Assembly (NCBI GenBank): GCA_038087875.1
Contig: CM075993.1
Location: 9,798,001-9,862,000, forward strand
Reading direction: 5' to 3'
DNA from: Malacoraja senta
Lineage: Eukaryota
DNA length: 64,000 bases
The notes below the pieces were generated by a model. That model ran no database searches and was not told the DNA's origin. It was given only the letters and a program-made list of their open reading frames with translations. Shown here piece after piece: positions 1 through 13,441 of this stretch (its first letter is position 1; each line of letters opens with the position of its first letter). The position numbers and the translations under genes are program-made.

Positions 1-180
1 GCAAACATTGTCTCCACTTTTCAAGAAGGGCAGCAGGAAAGAAGAAACTACAGACCAGTGGGCCTAAAATCAGTGGTGGGAAAAATATTGGACACAATTT
101 CAGAGGGAGAGGATTAGTGATCATTTGGAAAGAGTGGGACTGGCCAGAGGTGGTTAACGTGGCCTTGTCATGGACAGATT
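1..180 (+). mobile_element. Degenerate CR1 LINE reverse-transcriptase fragment
   Basis: Frameshifted match to the ANVTPLFKKG..NYRPVSLTSVVGK motif also present in the adjacent CR1. Confidence 0.7.
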
Positions 181-231
181 CTATTGATGGAGGCATGGAA
201 TGGAATACTTTGTCACATGTGACAAGGCACA

Positions 232-2081
232 TAGAAACATAGAAAATAGAAAATAGGTGCAGGAGTAGGCCATTCAATATGATCATGGCTGATAATCCAA
301 CTCAGTACCCTGTACCTGCCTTCTCTCCATACCCCCTGATACCTTTAGCCACAAGGGCCACATCTAACTCCCTCTTAAATAATAGCCAATGAACTGGCCT
401 CAACTACCTTCTGTGGCAGAGAGTTCCAGAGATTCACCACTCTCTGTGTGAAAAATGTTTTTCTCATCTCGGTCCTAAAGGATTTCCCCTTTATCCTTAA
501 ACTGTGACCCCTTGTCCTGGACTTCCCCAACATCGGAACAATCTTCCAACATCTAGCCTGTCCAACCCCTTAAGAATTTTGTAAGTTTCTATAAGATCCC
601 CCTCAATCTTCTAAATTCTAGCGAGTACAAGCCGAGTCTATCCAGTCTTTCTTCATATGAAAGTCCTGCCATCCAGGAATCAGTCTGGTGAACCTTCTCT
701 GTACTCCCTCTATGGCAAGAATGTCTTTCCTCAGATTTGGAGACCAAAACTGTACACAATACTCCAGGTGTGGTCTTACCAAGATCCTGTACAACTGCAG
801 TAAAAACCTCCCTGCTCCTATACTCAAATCCTTTTGCTATGAATGCTAACATACCATTTGCTTTCTTCACTGCCTGCTGCACCTGCATGCCTACTTTCAA
901 TGACTGGTGTACCATGACACCCAGGTCTCGTTGCATCTCCCCTTTTCTAATCGGCCACCATTTAGATAATAGTCTACTTTCCTGTTTTTGCCACCAAAGT
1001 GGATAACCTCACATTTATCCGCATTATACTGCATCTGCCATGCATTTGCCCACTCACCCAGCCTATCCAAGTCACCTTGCAGCCTCCTAGCATCCTCCTC
1101 ACAGCTAACATTGCCCCCCAGCTTCGTGTCATCCGCAAACTTGGAGATGTTGCATTCAATTCCCTCGTCCAAAATCATTAATATATATTGTAAATAGCTG
1201 GGGTCCCAGCAATGAGCTTGCGGTACCCCACTAGTCACTGCCTGCCATTCTGAAAAGTACCCGTTTACTCCTACTCTTTGCTTCCTGTTTGCCAGCCAGT
1301 TCTCTGTCCACATCAATACTGAACCCCCAATACTGTATGCTTATAAGTTTGTATACTATTCTCTTATGTGGGACTTTGTCGAAAGCCTTCTGAAAGTCCA
1401 GATATAAAACATCCACTGGTTCTCCCTTATCCACTCTACTAGTTACATGCTCGAAAAATTCTATAAGATTCGTCAGACATGATTTACCTTTCGTAAATCC
1501 ATGCTGACTTTGTCCAATGATTTCACCACTTTCCAAATGTGCTGTTATCCCATCTTTAATAACTGACTCTAGCAGTTTCCCCACTACCGATGTTAGACTA
1601 ACTGGTCTGTAATTCCCAGTTTTCTCTCTCTCTCCCTTTTTAAAAAGTGGGGTTACATTAGCTGCCCTCCAATCCTCAGGAACTACTCCAGAATATAAAG
1701 AGTTTTGCAAAATTATCACTAATGCATCCACTATTTCTGGGGCTACTTCCTTAAGTACTCTGGGATGCAGCCTATCTGGCCCTGGGGATTTATCGGCCTT
1801 TAATCCATTCAATTTACCTAACACCACTTCCCGGCTAACCTGGATTTCACTCAGTTCCTCCATCTCATTTGACCCGCGGTCCCCTGCTATTTCCGGCAGA
1901 TTATTTATGTCTTCCTAAGTGAAGACAGAACCAAAGTAGTTATTCAATTGGTCTGCCATGTCCTTGTTCCCCATGATTAATTCACCTGTTTCTGACTGCA
2001 AGGGACCTACATTTGTTTTAACTAATCTCTTTCTCTTCACATATCTATAACAACTTTTGCAATCAGTTTTTATGTTCCCAC
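232..2081 (-). mobile_element. 5'-truncated CR1-clade LINE (RT domain to 3' tail), frameshifted
   Basis: ORF pieces 1231-1863, 897-1316 and 589-936 contain KSPGPD, YRPVSLTS, LDFQKAFD, GVPQ, KFADDTKL and RPHLEYC. A tail of ctatgttt-type repeats sits at ~232-255. AGGCACA at 225-231 and 2082-2088 is a likely TSD. Confidence 0.95.
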
Positions 2082-2239
2082 AGGCACAGTGGAATCCTTT
2101 GCTGCATACCCAATGTGTACAAATAGTCACCACATAAACGGCACTGACAGAGTATCCTGCGCCGGCTCCTCCTTTGTTCTCTCCCCCCCCCCTCATGGCG
2201 GTCCACCCGCGCCATCGACCACCGCCGCCGCTGAGGTCT

Positions 2240-3476
2240 CACCGTCTCACGAGACCATCTCCTGCCCCACTGAACTCATCTCCACATACCTTGGTTCCAT
2301 TCTATCCCCCCTTGTCCAGTCGCTTCCCATATGTCCGATGCACCCCACCACCATGGATGTCCGGTCCCTCTCCACCTCCACCCCCCACCAGGAAAGTCTC
2401 AAGGCCCTCCATTTCTTCCTTGAACAAAGACTCTACCAATTTCCCTCTACTATCTCTCCTCCGCCTGAAGGAACTTATCCAAACCCTTAACAACTCCTCT
2501 GTTAACCTCTCACTTCCTCCAAGTTAAAGGTGTAGCCATGGGTACTCACGTGGGCCCCAGCAATGCTGCCTTTTAGTCGGTTACGTTGAACAATCTTTGT
2601 TTCAGGCATGCAGTGGCCCCATCCCCCAACTCTTTCTCCACTACATCTATGACTGCATCGGGGCTGCCTCCTGCACCCATGCAAAACTTGTGGATTTTAT
2701 TAACTTTATCACTAACTTGCACCCTCCTCTGGAATTAGCAGAGTCAGGAGATATGGGGAGATGGCAGGAACGGGGCACTGATTGGGGATGATCAGCCATG
2801 ATCACATTGAATGGCGGTGCTGGCTCGAAGGGCCAAATGGCCTGCTCCTGCACCTATTGTCTATTGTCTATTGAATTCACCTGGACTTCAGCTAGCGCCT
2901 CTCTCCTGTTTCTTGATCTGTCTCCATCACAGGGGACAGTATCGACTGACGTTTACTACAAACCTACCGACCTTCTACACTTCCACCCGTCCTGCATCTT
3001 ACAAAGATGCTACCCCCTACTCTCAATTACTCCGTATACACCGCATCTGCTCCCAAGATGAGACTTTCCATTCAATGACATCTGTGACATCCTCTTTCTT
3101 TAGTAAACAGATGTCATAGATGGATCCCTCACCCTCAACTCTTCTCTCCTGTAGTTCTACTCTTGCTCCCCCTCCTCCCGGATGGAACAAGGATAGGGTT
3201 CCCCTGGTCCTCACCTTTCACCCCACCAGCCTCCTCATCCAACACGTCATACTCCGACATTTCTGCCATCTCCAACGTGATCCCACCACTAGTCACATCC
3301 TCCCATCTCCACCCCTTTCTGCCTTCCTTGGTTCACTCTTCCCTTCCCACCCAAACCACCCCATCCCCAAGTACTTTCCCTGCAACCTCACCTCCATCCA
3401 GGAACCCCAGCAGTCCTTCCAGGTGAGACAGAGGTTCACGTGCACCTCCTCCATCCTCGTCTACTGCACCCGGTGT
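2240..3476 (+). mobile_element. Degenerate Penelope-like retroelement (RT and start of the GIY-YIG region)
   Basis: Fragments SCPTELISTYL..ILSPLVQSLP, TMDVRSL, KGVAMGT, LFLDL, TDVYYKPTD, PYSQLLRIHRICS, RVPLVLTFHP and FTCTSSILVYC are typical of vertebrate PLE ORFs. Confidence 0.85.
2737..2872 (+). mobile_element. CR1 3'-end fragment inserted into the Penelope element
   Basis: Matches the CR1 3' UTR seen in reverse at 250-330 and 9670-9795; ends in (ctattgt)n; flanked by the GAATT duplication at 2732-2736 and 2873-2877. Confidence 0.8.
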
Positions 3477-4299
3477 CAATATATATAAAATTCACAACAA
3501 TTTCTACATTTACATCTTTCAAAAGATGTTTGGACATATACAGATAGGAAGGGTTGAGACGACAATGAGCCACATGCAGGTAAATGAGACCGGCCCAATA
3601 TGGGCACGATAGGCCAAAGGGCCTGTTTCTGTGCTGTACAGTTCTATGATACCATGACTCCAATAATAAATTGGATTTAAACTAAAAAAAGATGCAGTAA
3701 CTCAGCAGTTCAGGCAGAATCTCTGGAGAAAATAGATCTGTGACATTTCGGGTCGGCACCCTTCTTCAGACATGACATGAAATGTCACCTATCCATGTTC
3801 TACAGGAATGCCGTCTGACCCGCTGAATGAGCCCAGCACTTTGTGTCTTTTTTGTTGTTGTAAACCAGCATCTGCAGTTCCTCGTTTGGATAATTAAATC
3901 TTGGATTTAAATTAGTTGTGCTTTACGACACTGGCAGTCAGACGACAGTGCATTCAATAATGAAACTACTCGTTGACTTCTATAGCACCTTGTGAGCTAG
4001 TTGTTCTTTTCACTGTCCGTGGGTTCCACTCTGGAGATGACAGAGTCTATTGTCCCCCTGACTGCACCCACGTTTCCTCTGCTTTAGACCCCACTCGGTA
4101 CACAGCAAGAGAGTGAGTATCCGTGAATGTCTTCACACAGTGGGTTTAAGGTCAGCACATTGCCCATGAAGCGTTCATCCATGGTTACTGTGACTCAATG
4201 GCCTCTGTCGGGCTGACGCTTCATACATTTCCCAGTTGATCGTTCTAGTTTTGTTCAATGTTGCAGAGTTTGGCCTAGGCAAGGAAACCCAATGGGTTG

Positions 4300-4495
4300 C
4301 GGTCACGGTGGCACAGCGGTAGAGTTGCTGCCTTACAGCCAGAGACCCGGGTTCGATCCCGACTACGGGTGCTGTCTGTATGGAGTTTGTACGTTCTCCC
4401 CGTGGGTTTTCTCCGAGATCTTCGGTTTCCTCCCACACTCCAAAGACGTGCAGGTTTGTAGGTTAATTGGCTTGATAAAAATGTAAAATTGTCCA
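4300..4495 (+). mobile_element. tRNA-derived SINE (V-SINE/HE1-like)
   Basis: A box TGGCACAGCGG, B box GGTTCGATCCC, and central domain tgtctgtatggagtttgtacgttctccc...ggtttcctcccacactccaaagac. Confidence 0.85.
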
Positions 4496-6742
4496 AGTTG
4501 GCGATATGCAGAGTACTGCCCTGCCGACTACAAAATTCAGAAGGTTCAATGCCTCACTTGTGGAACAAATCCATAGGTGATGTTTCTCTCTGCACAGATG
4601 CTGCCTGACCTGCTGAGTATTTCCAGCACCTTAGACATAGACATAGAGTCATACAGCAGGGAAACAGGTCCTTTGGCCCAACTCATCCATGTCCCTCCAA
4701 ACTAGGACCATTTGACCATGCCTGGCCCATATCCATCTAGACATTTACTATCCATGTAGATGTCCAAGTATCTTCTCTGGAGAAAAGGAATATATGACGG
4801 TTTGGGTTGAGACCCTTCTTCTGACTGAGCGTGTCTCGGTCCGAAACGTCACCTGTTCCTCTTCTCCAGAGATGCTGCCTGTTTCTCCAGTATTTTGTGC
4901 CCATCATCGGTGTAAGCCAGCATCTGCAGTTTCTTCCTGCACGTATCTTCTCTATTTATTTCAGAGATGGCGGAGATATGGGAAAGATGTAGGTATTGGT
5001 TTCGGCTTATTATTGAAAGAGAGGTCAAGGACACAGGGTCAAGTTGGGTGAATTAGGGGTAAAGAGAAGAGGCACAAATCAGCCTTAATATTCATGAAAA
5101 TCAGAGGAGGTTGGAAAACCTGATCAACTTCATGCTGTTCCCAATGTTCTCATGTTTCAGGAGCAAAAGAGTTGGTTCTGTAGAGTTCCAGTAATGACCA
5201 TGCAACAGAATGAAAAACAACTTTTGAATCTTCTGTCGCTTTTGATTAAGGGTGAGGAAGGGCAGTGGCAGAAGAGGCAGCAGAGAGGAAACACTTTGAA
5301 GTCTCTGCTTCTCCGGAGGCAGTGATGACTCAGTTCCCAATGTACGGAGCCTCTGACGTAATCGTGCAGTTTCACTGGAGCGAAAGCCCGTGGACCAGTG
5401 GAATGTTGCAGAATCTCAGCTTGGAAAAGTCCAGTTGGTGGTTGCACTATTGTTCAATCAAACAGTTTGTCAGGCAACCCCATGAATGAGGCTCAGTCCC
5501 CGTTCTGGGCTGCCGAATAAAAGGACTAATATTCTATGAACAAACCATTCATACAAACTTAATTACAAATTGCCATTTAAGCCATGGTCAGCACCTGCTA
5601 TGACCCTGGGGTGAACTTTATGCTTGAGTCACCACTCGTTGGAGTTATTGAGTGAATTGTCCCAACATGTAGCAGGCACACAAATTATGAAGGAGCCAAA
5701 GTGTGTGAAAAGGAAGCCCGACATGGTCCCATCATTCTGGACGAGCACAGTCCTCTTAATTTAATTGGCTTCTTTTGAAGCCTTTTGAACTCCCTCATTA
5801 ACTTTCCTGGCGAGACGTCAGAACCATTCTCGTCATCTACCCGCCCGTCCAGAGTCTGGGAGGAAACTGGGTCACCGTGCGTCAGGAGGCATGGACATGA
5901 TCTCACCTGCCCTCACAGACCAGCACGTTGCAAAGTGCTGGAGTAACTCTGCGGGTCAGGCAGCATCTCGGAGTCTGAAGAAGGGTCCCGACCCAAAACG
6001 TCCCCCGTCATTTTTACTTGCCTGACCCGTTGAGTTATTCCAATACTTTGTGTCCATCTTCGGTAGAAACCAGCATCTGCAGTTCCTTTCTGCACAGCTC
6101 ATTGCAAAGCATGGCTTTAGTTGATAAGCTGTGCTTTGCATGCTTGCTAAGCACATCAGATAATACCATACATAACACAATCAAGTCAAGGTCAGATAAG
6201 ATAGAGCAAAGAGGAAGATACAGAGTGCAGAATACAAATTCTCAGCATCGCAGCATATCAGTTCCATACACAAAGTCCAATGGGGTAGAGGTGAAAGATT
6301 TGTACTTTGAATGATACCACTCATAGTCCTTGCACATCTCAGCATGAGTGTGCTTAGACCAGAGTTGGCTCAGTGTGGGAAGTACCACAGCCAAATCAAA
6401 ATAAGTGCTGATGATGGAAATCTGGAAAATGCTGAAAACACTCAGCAGGGTCAGTCAGCATCTGTGGAAAGAGAAGCAGAGTTAATCTTTGGTTCTGACG
6501 AGGGGTCTCCGACATGGAACGTTGACCCTGTTTCTCTTTCCACAGATGCAGCCTGCCCGCAGAGTATTTGTTTTAAACTCCCACGGCAGGGATGCAATAA
6601 ATGTTCACATTGTTTGGCGAGGGTGTTTAATGGTTAAACATGAGCCCAGGACCTGAAATCACTTCCCATTCCTAGTGGAAACCATGGTCATTCAGCTGAC
6701 ACATGGTAAATTCAGCAACCTTGCCTGATTCCTTCACACTGA

Positions 6743-6929
6743 TGTTTAAGAAGGAACTGCAGATGCTGGAAAATCGAAGGTAGACAAAAATGCTGGAGAA
6801 ACTCAGTGGGTGAGGCGGCATCTATGGAACGAAGGAAATAGGCAACGTTTTGGGCCGAAACGGGTCTGAAGAAGGGTTTCAAACGTTGCCTATTTCCTTT
6901 GCTCCATAGATGCTGCCTCACCTGCTGAG
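6743..6929. mobile_element. Palindromic short repeat, probably derived from a Penelope terminal repeat, with 14-bp TSD
   Basis: aaggaactgcagatgctgg...ggcaacgttt...ctgaagaagggtttcaaacgttgcc...atagatgctgcctcacc. TTCCTTCACACTGA occurs at 6729-6742 and 6930-6943. Confidence 0.75.
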
Positions 6930-8020
6930 TTCCTTCACACTGACGCTGTGATCAGCATATTTACCTTCTTAGGCGGCCAAGAACATATGAGATTTTCCTG
7001 AACTTCTACAGATGTGCTATTGAAAGTATTCTGATGCTTCTCAATGTGGTATGGCAACTACTCTGCTATTGACCACCTGAACCTGCAGAGAGTGGTGAAC
7101 ACAGCCCAGTCCATCACAGGCTCGTCACTTCCTTCCAGTCCATCTTCATGGTATGTTGCATCAGGAAAGCTGGACATATTGTGATGGTTGCCTGCCACCC
7201 TGGCCAGTCCCTTTTCTCTCTTCGCCCTTCTGGGAGAAGATACAGGAGCCTGAAAGCCCAGATGTCCAGACTTAAGAACAGCTTTTTCCCCACTGCTCTC
7301 AGACTTGTGGACTAATCACCCTCTAATCCAGGCAGCACCCTGGCAAACCTCCTCTGCACCCTCTCCAAAGCCACCACATGTATCCTGTAATGGGGTGACC
7401 AAAACTGCACACAACATTCCAAATGTGGCCTGACCAGAATTTTATACAGCTGCAACATGACTTCCTGACTCTTGTACTCAAACCCCCAACCAATAAATGC
7501 AAGCAGATTATGTACATTTAATTCATATATTAAAAAGCTGTGAAGAAATTTATGAAGACAGATGTTATAGTTAAACCTGGATTAAATACCCTTTCACTGG
7601 AGACCAGGACACTTCCTGTAAAGATGTCTTTCATCCACAAATAGCTGAAGAGAGACCTTCTGGTAATTGCCCAGGGCTTCCTGCCCTCTACACTCCAGCC
7701 CCATGAGATGAAAACCAATCTTCCATTAGGCACTTTGGCTGGTGATGTTTCCGCACTTGCTTTTAGTGGTTGGTGTAGAGGGAGCCAGAACTCCCAGCCT
7801 CACTCTCTTGGTCTTTCTCCATTCACCAATCGTTCCTTTTTGCTCTCTTGGATCTAGAGTGACCTCTCCCCCCTCCCCACATTCTCCAGTAACCTCCACC
7901 GGCCATAGTTTTATCCACTAACTCTAACTGATTGCGTCTCAGAGTTACCTCCCTCCCCTCTTTAGTCCTGCATTCAATTGTGTTGGCCTCTCTGTTCCCA
8001 CATCCCACTGAGTGATACTC

Positions 8021-8093
8021 ACTTACCTGCCTGGGCAGAATCAGTGGTCACCATGGCCAATCTCCCAGGACGAGGCAATCCCACTGCACTTGG
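8021..8093 (+). pseudogene. Degenerate 5' fragment of U1 snRNA (mirror 63055-63127, minus)
   Basis: ACTTACCTG CCTGGGCAGA...TCCCAGGACGAGGC...CCACTGCACT aligns without gaps to vertebrate U1 nt ~3-72 as recalled (49/70 matches counted by hand). No Sm site or 3' half. Confidence 0.7.
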
Positions 8094-8429
8094 TCCCAGA
8101 CAAAACTGGAACTAAAAATCTGTTGAAATTAAAATAATTTATTTCAGAGGAACAGGATGGAAACTGATCTTTGGCCCACCAAGTCCGCACCGACCAACAA
8201 TCACCCATACACTAGTTCTATCCTAGACATTAGGGCCATTTTACAGAGGCCAATTAACTGAAAAACCTGCGTGTATTTGGAATGTGGAAGGAAAGGACAC
8301 TGGATAGGTTTGGAGGGATATGGGCCAAACGCGGACAGCTGGGCCTAGTGTAGCTGGGCGGTGTGGGCACGTTGGGCCGAAGGGCCTGTTTCCACACTGT
8401 ATTACTCTCTCGCTCTTTGACTCTCTAAA

Positions 8430-8562
8430 CCGGAGCACCCGGGGAAAACCCACGCGGTCACTGGGAGAACGTGCAAACTCCATATTGATAGCCCCCATAG
8501 TCAGGATCGAACCCGGTTCTCTGGGGCTGGGAGGCAGCAGCTCTACCGCTGTGCCACAATGC
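8430..8562 (-). mobile_element. V-SINE 5' part
   Basis: Reverse complement reads gtggcacagcggtagagctgctgcc...gggttcgatcctgactatggg. Confidence 0.75.
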
Positions 8563-11500
8563 TGCCACACATGCTCGATCCTACAGCCTCGCTGTACAAC
8601 CAGGACAGCTGCTGCATTGTCCCCAGTCAGAGGTTGTTGGGGAAGGGTTGTCCACGTCCATCTCCCTGCAATCACACTCGGCGGGAATGGCCCCATCCTC
8701 CTGCAGAGTCAGTAGGCTAATTGTCCACTGCAAATTACACCCAGCGTGTAGGTAAGTGGTAGACTCTGGGGAAGTTGAAGATAATATGCGTGGTTAAAAA
8801 AACAATGGGATTAATATAGGATTAGTGTAAAGTGGGTGGTTGACAGTCAGTGTATTCGATGGCCTTTAGGGCCTATGTCCACGCTGTAACTCCCTATGAG
8901 GATCCTAATATTTGGGATCACTGCCGGTATCCCATTATGCTGGTAACCCTCAACATCCAATATTACTGCCAATATCCCACTTGGAATATCTAACAATCTC
9001 CATCAATATCCTAACATCGCGACAGCCCGCAAAAATCCAGGTATCAATCTCTGCATCCTCAAGCCAAACATCAATGGTGGAGTCAATGGCCTGAACATTG
9101 GGACAGCGTTGATGTTTGGGTACAGGAGGGATTTAGGATCCTGATATTGGTACCTGGATTTTGGGGGCTATCAGGCTGTGTTGTAGTCTGATGACGGTGG
9201 GGAAGAGGCTGTTGCTGAATGGTGGGACGTGCTTTCAAGCTTTTGTACTTCCTGCCCAGCAGGAGAGGTGGAAAGGGGAATGATCTGGGTGAAAATGGTC
9301 CTTGAATATGTTGGTAGCCTTCCTGAGGCAGTGTGAAGTGAAGATGGAGTCGATGGCGGGGTGGGGGGGTGAATCTGGACTGGGCCACATCCACAAGCTG
9401 TTGCCAAACCAAGCTGTGATTTATCGCGATTGGATGCTTTCTATGGTGCATCTGTAGAAGTTGGTGTGAGTTGTCGCAGACATGCCAAACTTCCTTTATC
9501 CTCTGAGGAAGTAGAGGCATGGGTGTGCTTTCTGGACCATGGCTTCTCTGTGGTTGGTCCAGGACAAACTGTTGGTGATATTTACACCCATCCAAGAGAC
9601 CTGTCAGAGCACCCCATGATTTCTGGGCAATCAGTGACTCTGCTTCAGACTGGGTTTGGAATGAGGTGCAACATAGAAACATAGAAAATAGGTGCAGGAG
9701 TAGGCCATTCGGCCCTTCGAGCCAGCACCGCCATTCAATATGGGCATGGTTGATCTTCCAAAATCAGTACCCCGTTCCTGCTTTCTCCCCATATCCCATG
9801 AAACGCAAGCAGTCTGTGGGAGTGTGTGAGGCTCAGCCTGTACTTGCCCCATTAATCCTCTTCTGTGCCACAGGTTGACGAGTAAGTTTATCAAAGTGCG
9901 ATTTATCGATGCCGTTTCCTGGCGTTCCATTTTTTGAGTGACCTCCAACCAGCTGAGGGTGGTCAGGGCAGCTCAGAACCAGATGCTGTTCCTGCAGCCT
10001 CTGCCTGGACTAATGTGACACAGAGCGAGTGTCACCTCAACTCAATCAACGTCAGGTCAGCCCCCGGGGTCTGCCTCTCTCCGAATTATAAAAGACAATT
10101 AGATTGAGAAGCAGAGGCGTAATTTCCATACTCTGCTGCAGATTCAGGAGCGCCCTGGCTGACTGGAGGAGTGGAGGCCTGTCGTGGAATGGCTGCTGTG
10201 ATGGTGATTGAGGAGAGTACGATGGGACCACAGATTCTTCACACTCCAAATGTCTCTGGTATTCACAGTGAATGGAGACTGAACATTCACAACATAAGAA
10301 GCAACATCAGAGGGTCATTAATCCTCACCAGCCTGAACTACAGAGAGAGCTTGGACAGGCTGGGATTTTATTCCTAACAGCACAAGAGGCTGAGGGGTGA
10401 TCTTATAGAGGTGTATAAAATCATAAGTGGAACAGATAGTGTGAATGCACAGTCATTTATCCAGAGTTGGGGAATTAAGAGCTAGAAGGTATAGTTTAAG
10501 GTGAGAGGGGAAAGATATAATAGGAACCGGAGGGGCAACTTTTTCACACAGATGGTGGTGGGAATGTGGAACGAGCTACCGGAGGAAGTAGTTGAGGCAG
10601 GTACTGTAATAAAACAAACAGAAATAACCACGACAGCACACCAAGTCTGGGCCGACCATCGACCTCTTGTTTACATTAATCCTGCTCAAGTCCCACTTTA
10701 TTTTCTCCACATTCCCACCAATTCCCTCCTTACTTGGGGCAATTTAATTCAGCCCATTAACTCATCGACCTGCGTTTTTTGGGGGGATGTGGGAGGAAAC
10801 TGGAGTTTCCGGTGGAATCCCACCCGGTCACAGAGAGAAGGTGCCAACTTCACACAGACCGGATCGATCTGCGCTGCCTTCTGGACTGAAAACAGGAAAT
10901 TCTGGAAATATTCAGCATGTCAGGCAGCTTCTGTGGTGAGAGAAACTGAGTAAGTGTTTCAGGTCAGTGGCCTTTCATCAGAAGTGGGAAACAGACACAC
11001 CAATTTTCTTCCTCATGGTTCTGTTCACTTGCACATATTACGCGTAGCAAGACCCAAGTATCTCTGTAATCTTTGCTAAATCATGTGCTCTACCCAAGAC
11101 CACAAGAAATTGCAGAGAGCACAGAAGATGTAGCCCAGGACATCACACAAACTAGACTTCCCACCGTTGACTCCATCTACACTTCACGCTGCCTTGGAAA
11201 AACAGCCAACATAATCAAAGATTTGTCCCATTCCTTCTTCTTCCTCCACCTGTGCAGCAGAAGGTACAGAAGGTTGAAGGCGCGCACCGCCAGACTCAGG
11301 AACAGCTTCTTCCCCTCTGTTATCAGGCTTCTGAACGGTCCTTCCATGGGCTAAGGTATTGTCCAATTCAATTCCACCCCATTGTGGAAATTGGACTTTG
11401 TCAATGGAACTGATGTGTTGCAGTGCTGAGAACTATATTCTGCACTCTTCCCCTTTGCTCTCTCTATTGCAGTTGAGTTCGACTTGATTGCATTTATGTA

Positions 11501-11630
11501 TTGTATTATCTGATCTGATTGGATAGCGTGCAAAAGAAAGCTTTTTGCTGTACCTCAGTACACGCGACAATAATAAACCTAAACCTTAACCTAAACCATG
11601 TCACACAGCGTAAATTGAAATAGTTTGGAG

Positions 11631-11930
11631 GGGGCAGCACAGTGGCGCAGCGGTAGCGTTGCTGCCTTACGGCGCCAGAAACCCAGGTTTGATCTTGACT
11701 ATGGGTGCTGTCTGTACGGAGTTTGTACATTCTCCCTGTGACCGCGAGGGTTTTCTCGGGGTGCTCTGGTTTCCTCCCACACTCCAAAAGACGTGCTGGT
11801 CTGTAGGTTAATTGGCTTCTGTAAATTGTCCCTAGTGTGCAGGATAGAACTGGTGTACGGGTGATTGCTGTGCGGCGTGGACTCGGTGGGCCAAAGGGCC
11901 TGTTTCCACACTGTATCTCTAAACTAAAAT
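11631..11930 (+). mobile_element. Full-length tRNA-derived V-SINE-type element (mirror ~59220-59517, minus)
   Basis: tRNA-like head, V-type central domain, and CR1-like 3' end gggcctgtttccacactgtatctctaaactaaa. Confidence 0.85.
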
Positions 11931-12703
11931 GAAGCAGCTTATGTGGTGGGGGGTGATCGCAGAAGGAAGCGGAGATGAATCATCTCTGTGGCACATCTGG
12001 TGGAACCAGTTAGAGCACTGCCATGATGATTATCTTTAGCCTGTTATTATTCACTCATCCACTAATAGCCATCAAACATCGGTGCAGCTATGTGGGACAA
12101 GGGTCGTGATTAAATGGAAACACATCTGCTCAACTTTCTTGGGAGCCCCCCCTGCCCCTCCTCTCACCATCTGCAGGATATAATTGAAGCAATTGACATT
12201 CCACAACATAGTTTAATGCTGCCCAGGAGGGTGGTGAATCATCAACGCTGCTGCCCATCTAATAACTATCAGCTTCAGATCAAGTTAGGTTAGATAGTAA
12301 AGTATTGTATGCTTTCAACAGTTTTTGCACTGGTATCACACATGATAAAGAGGATAGAACTATTAAACAAATATGATAATTGTCCTGTTTCCATTGACAT
12401 GATGACAGGATCCCAAGACATGCTGTGTACAGTCAAAGACTGTGGACTGGTTTTAATAATGCACTATTATGGTTAACTAGTAATATCATTATTAATTTAT
12501 TATATTATCATAATTCACGGGCAGAGTTTGCGTCAGGCTGTAAAGGAGACGTCAGAGGCAGCAGAGCAAAGCAATAAGTGGATCTGGTGAAGAAACAGTG
12601 TCAGTTGGAGGCAGAAATGAAATGTATAACGTGTTGGAAGGAACTGCAGATGCTGGTTTAAGCCGAAGATAGACACAAAAAGCTGGAGTAACTCAGTGGG
12701 ACA

Positions 12704-12737
12704 GGCGACGTTTCAGGTCGAGACCCTTCTTCAGAAT
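12704..12737 (-). ncRNA. Minimal hammerhead-ribozyme-like motif (mirror 58411-58444, plus)
   Basis: Minus strand att CTGAAGA a GGGT ctcg ACCT GAAA CG TC gcc; keeps the palindromic ACGT of stem III. Confidence 0.55.
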
Positions 12738-13255
12738 TCGTCACCCAGTCCTTCCCTCCAGAGATATTGCTTGTCCCACTGAGTTACTCCAGCTTTTTTG
12801 TGTCTATCTTAGGAAATGTCTAACACCCAGTAAGTGCATTCCTTCCGGTTTTATATGTGAGGTTGATATTAGTGGCACTACAATTGTTTGATGGAGGGTT
12901 AGGATAAATGTAAGACAAGACACAAGTGTTTAGCATTTGTTTAAGTGTTGAATCAATCGGCTGTGATTTCTTTTATTTAGTAAACATTTACATAGTTAAC
13001 TGCTTAGTACTGCATACTGGTAGCATTGGGTGGTCAGAGCAGGTATTGAGGGGTGGTGGTTCTGGAACACCAGAACTAACTGTTGAGCCTTCCCAAGGTG
13101 TTGTGGGCCTAACTCAACAAAGCACCAGTGAAGGGAGGTGCCCATTTGATAACCCCAATGATATACTGGCATCTACACACCTAGTTTTTGTTGTCCCATA
13201 GTTTAACTGAGTTCGATTCTCAAAAAGGATTGGGATAGGGTTTCTTGGTTAAACA

Positions 13256-13441
13256 GTTCAAGAAGGAACTGCAGATGCTGGAAAATCGAAGGTAGACAAA
13301 ATTGCTGGAGAAACTCAGCGGGTGAGGCAGCATCTATGGAGCGAAGGAAATAGGCAACGTTTCGGGCCGAAACGTTGCCTGTTTCCTTCGCTCCATAGAT
13401 GCTGCCGCACCCGCTGAGTTTCTCCAGCAATTTTGTCTACC
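13256..13441. mobile_element. Palindromic short repeat, probably derived from a Penelope terminal repeat, with 14-bp TSD (mirror ~57707-57892)
   Basis: Arms fold about the centre ggcaacgtttcgggccgaaacgttgcc (13353-13379). TTCTTGGTTAAACA occurs at 13242-13255 and 13442-13455. Confidence 0.8.

Noticed and set aside
4300..4365. tRNA gene candidates at SINE heads
   Set aside because: A and B boxes run directly into SINE body sequence and do not form a full cloverleaf.
5320..5365. AP-1 (TGACTCA) and CRE-like (TGACGTAA) sites close together
   Set aside because: Short motifs expected by chance in 64 kb; no conservation data available.
5685..5910. Possible exon on the minus strand (73-aa ORF after cag)
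   Set aside because: No recognisable homology or partner exons; cannot be supported from sequence alone.
11573..11598. Telomere-like (TAAACC)n
   Set aside because: Short tandem tail of a Rex/Babar-type LINE fragment; not TTAGGG.
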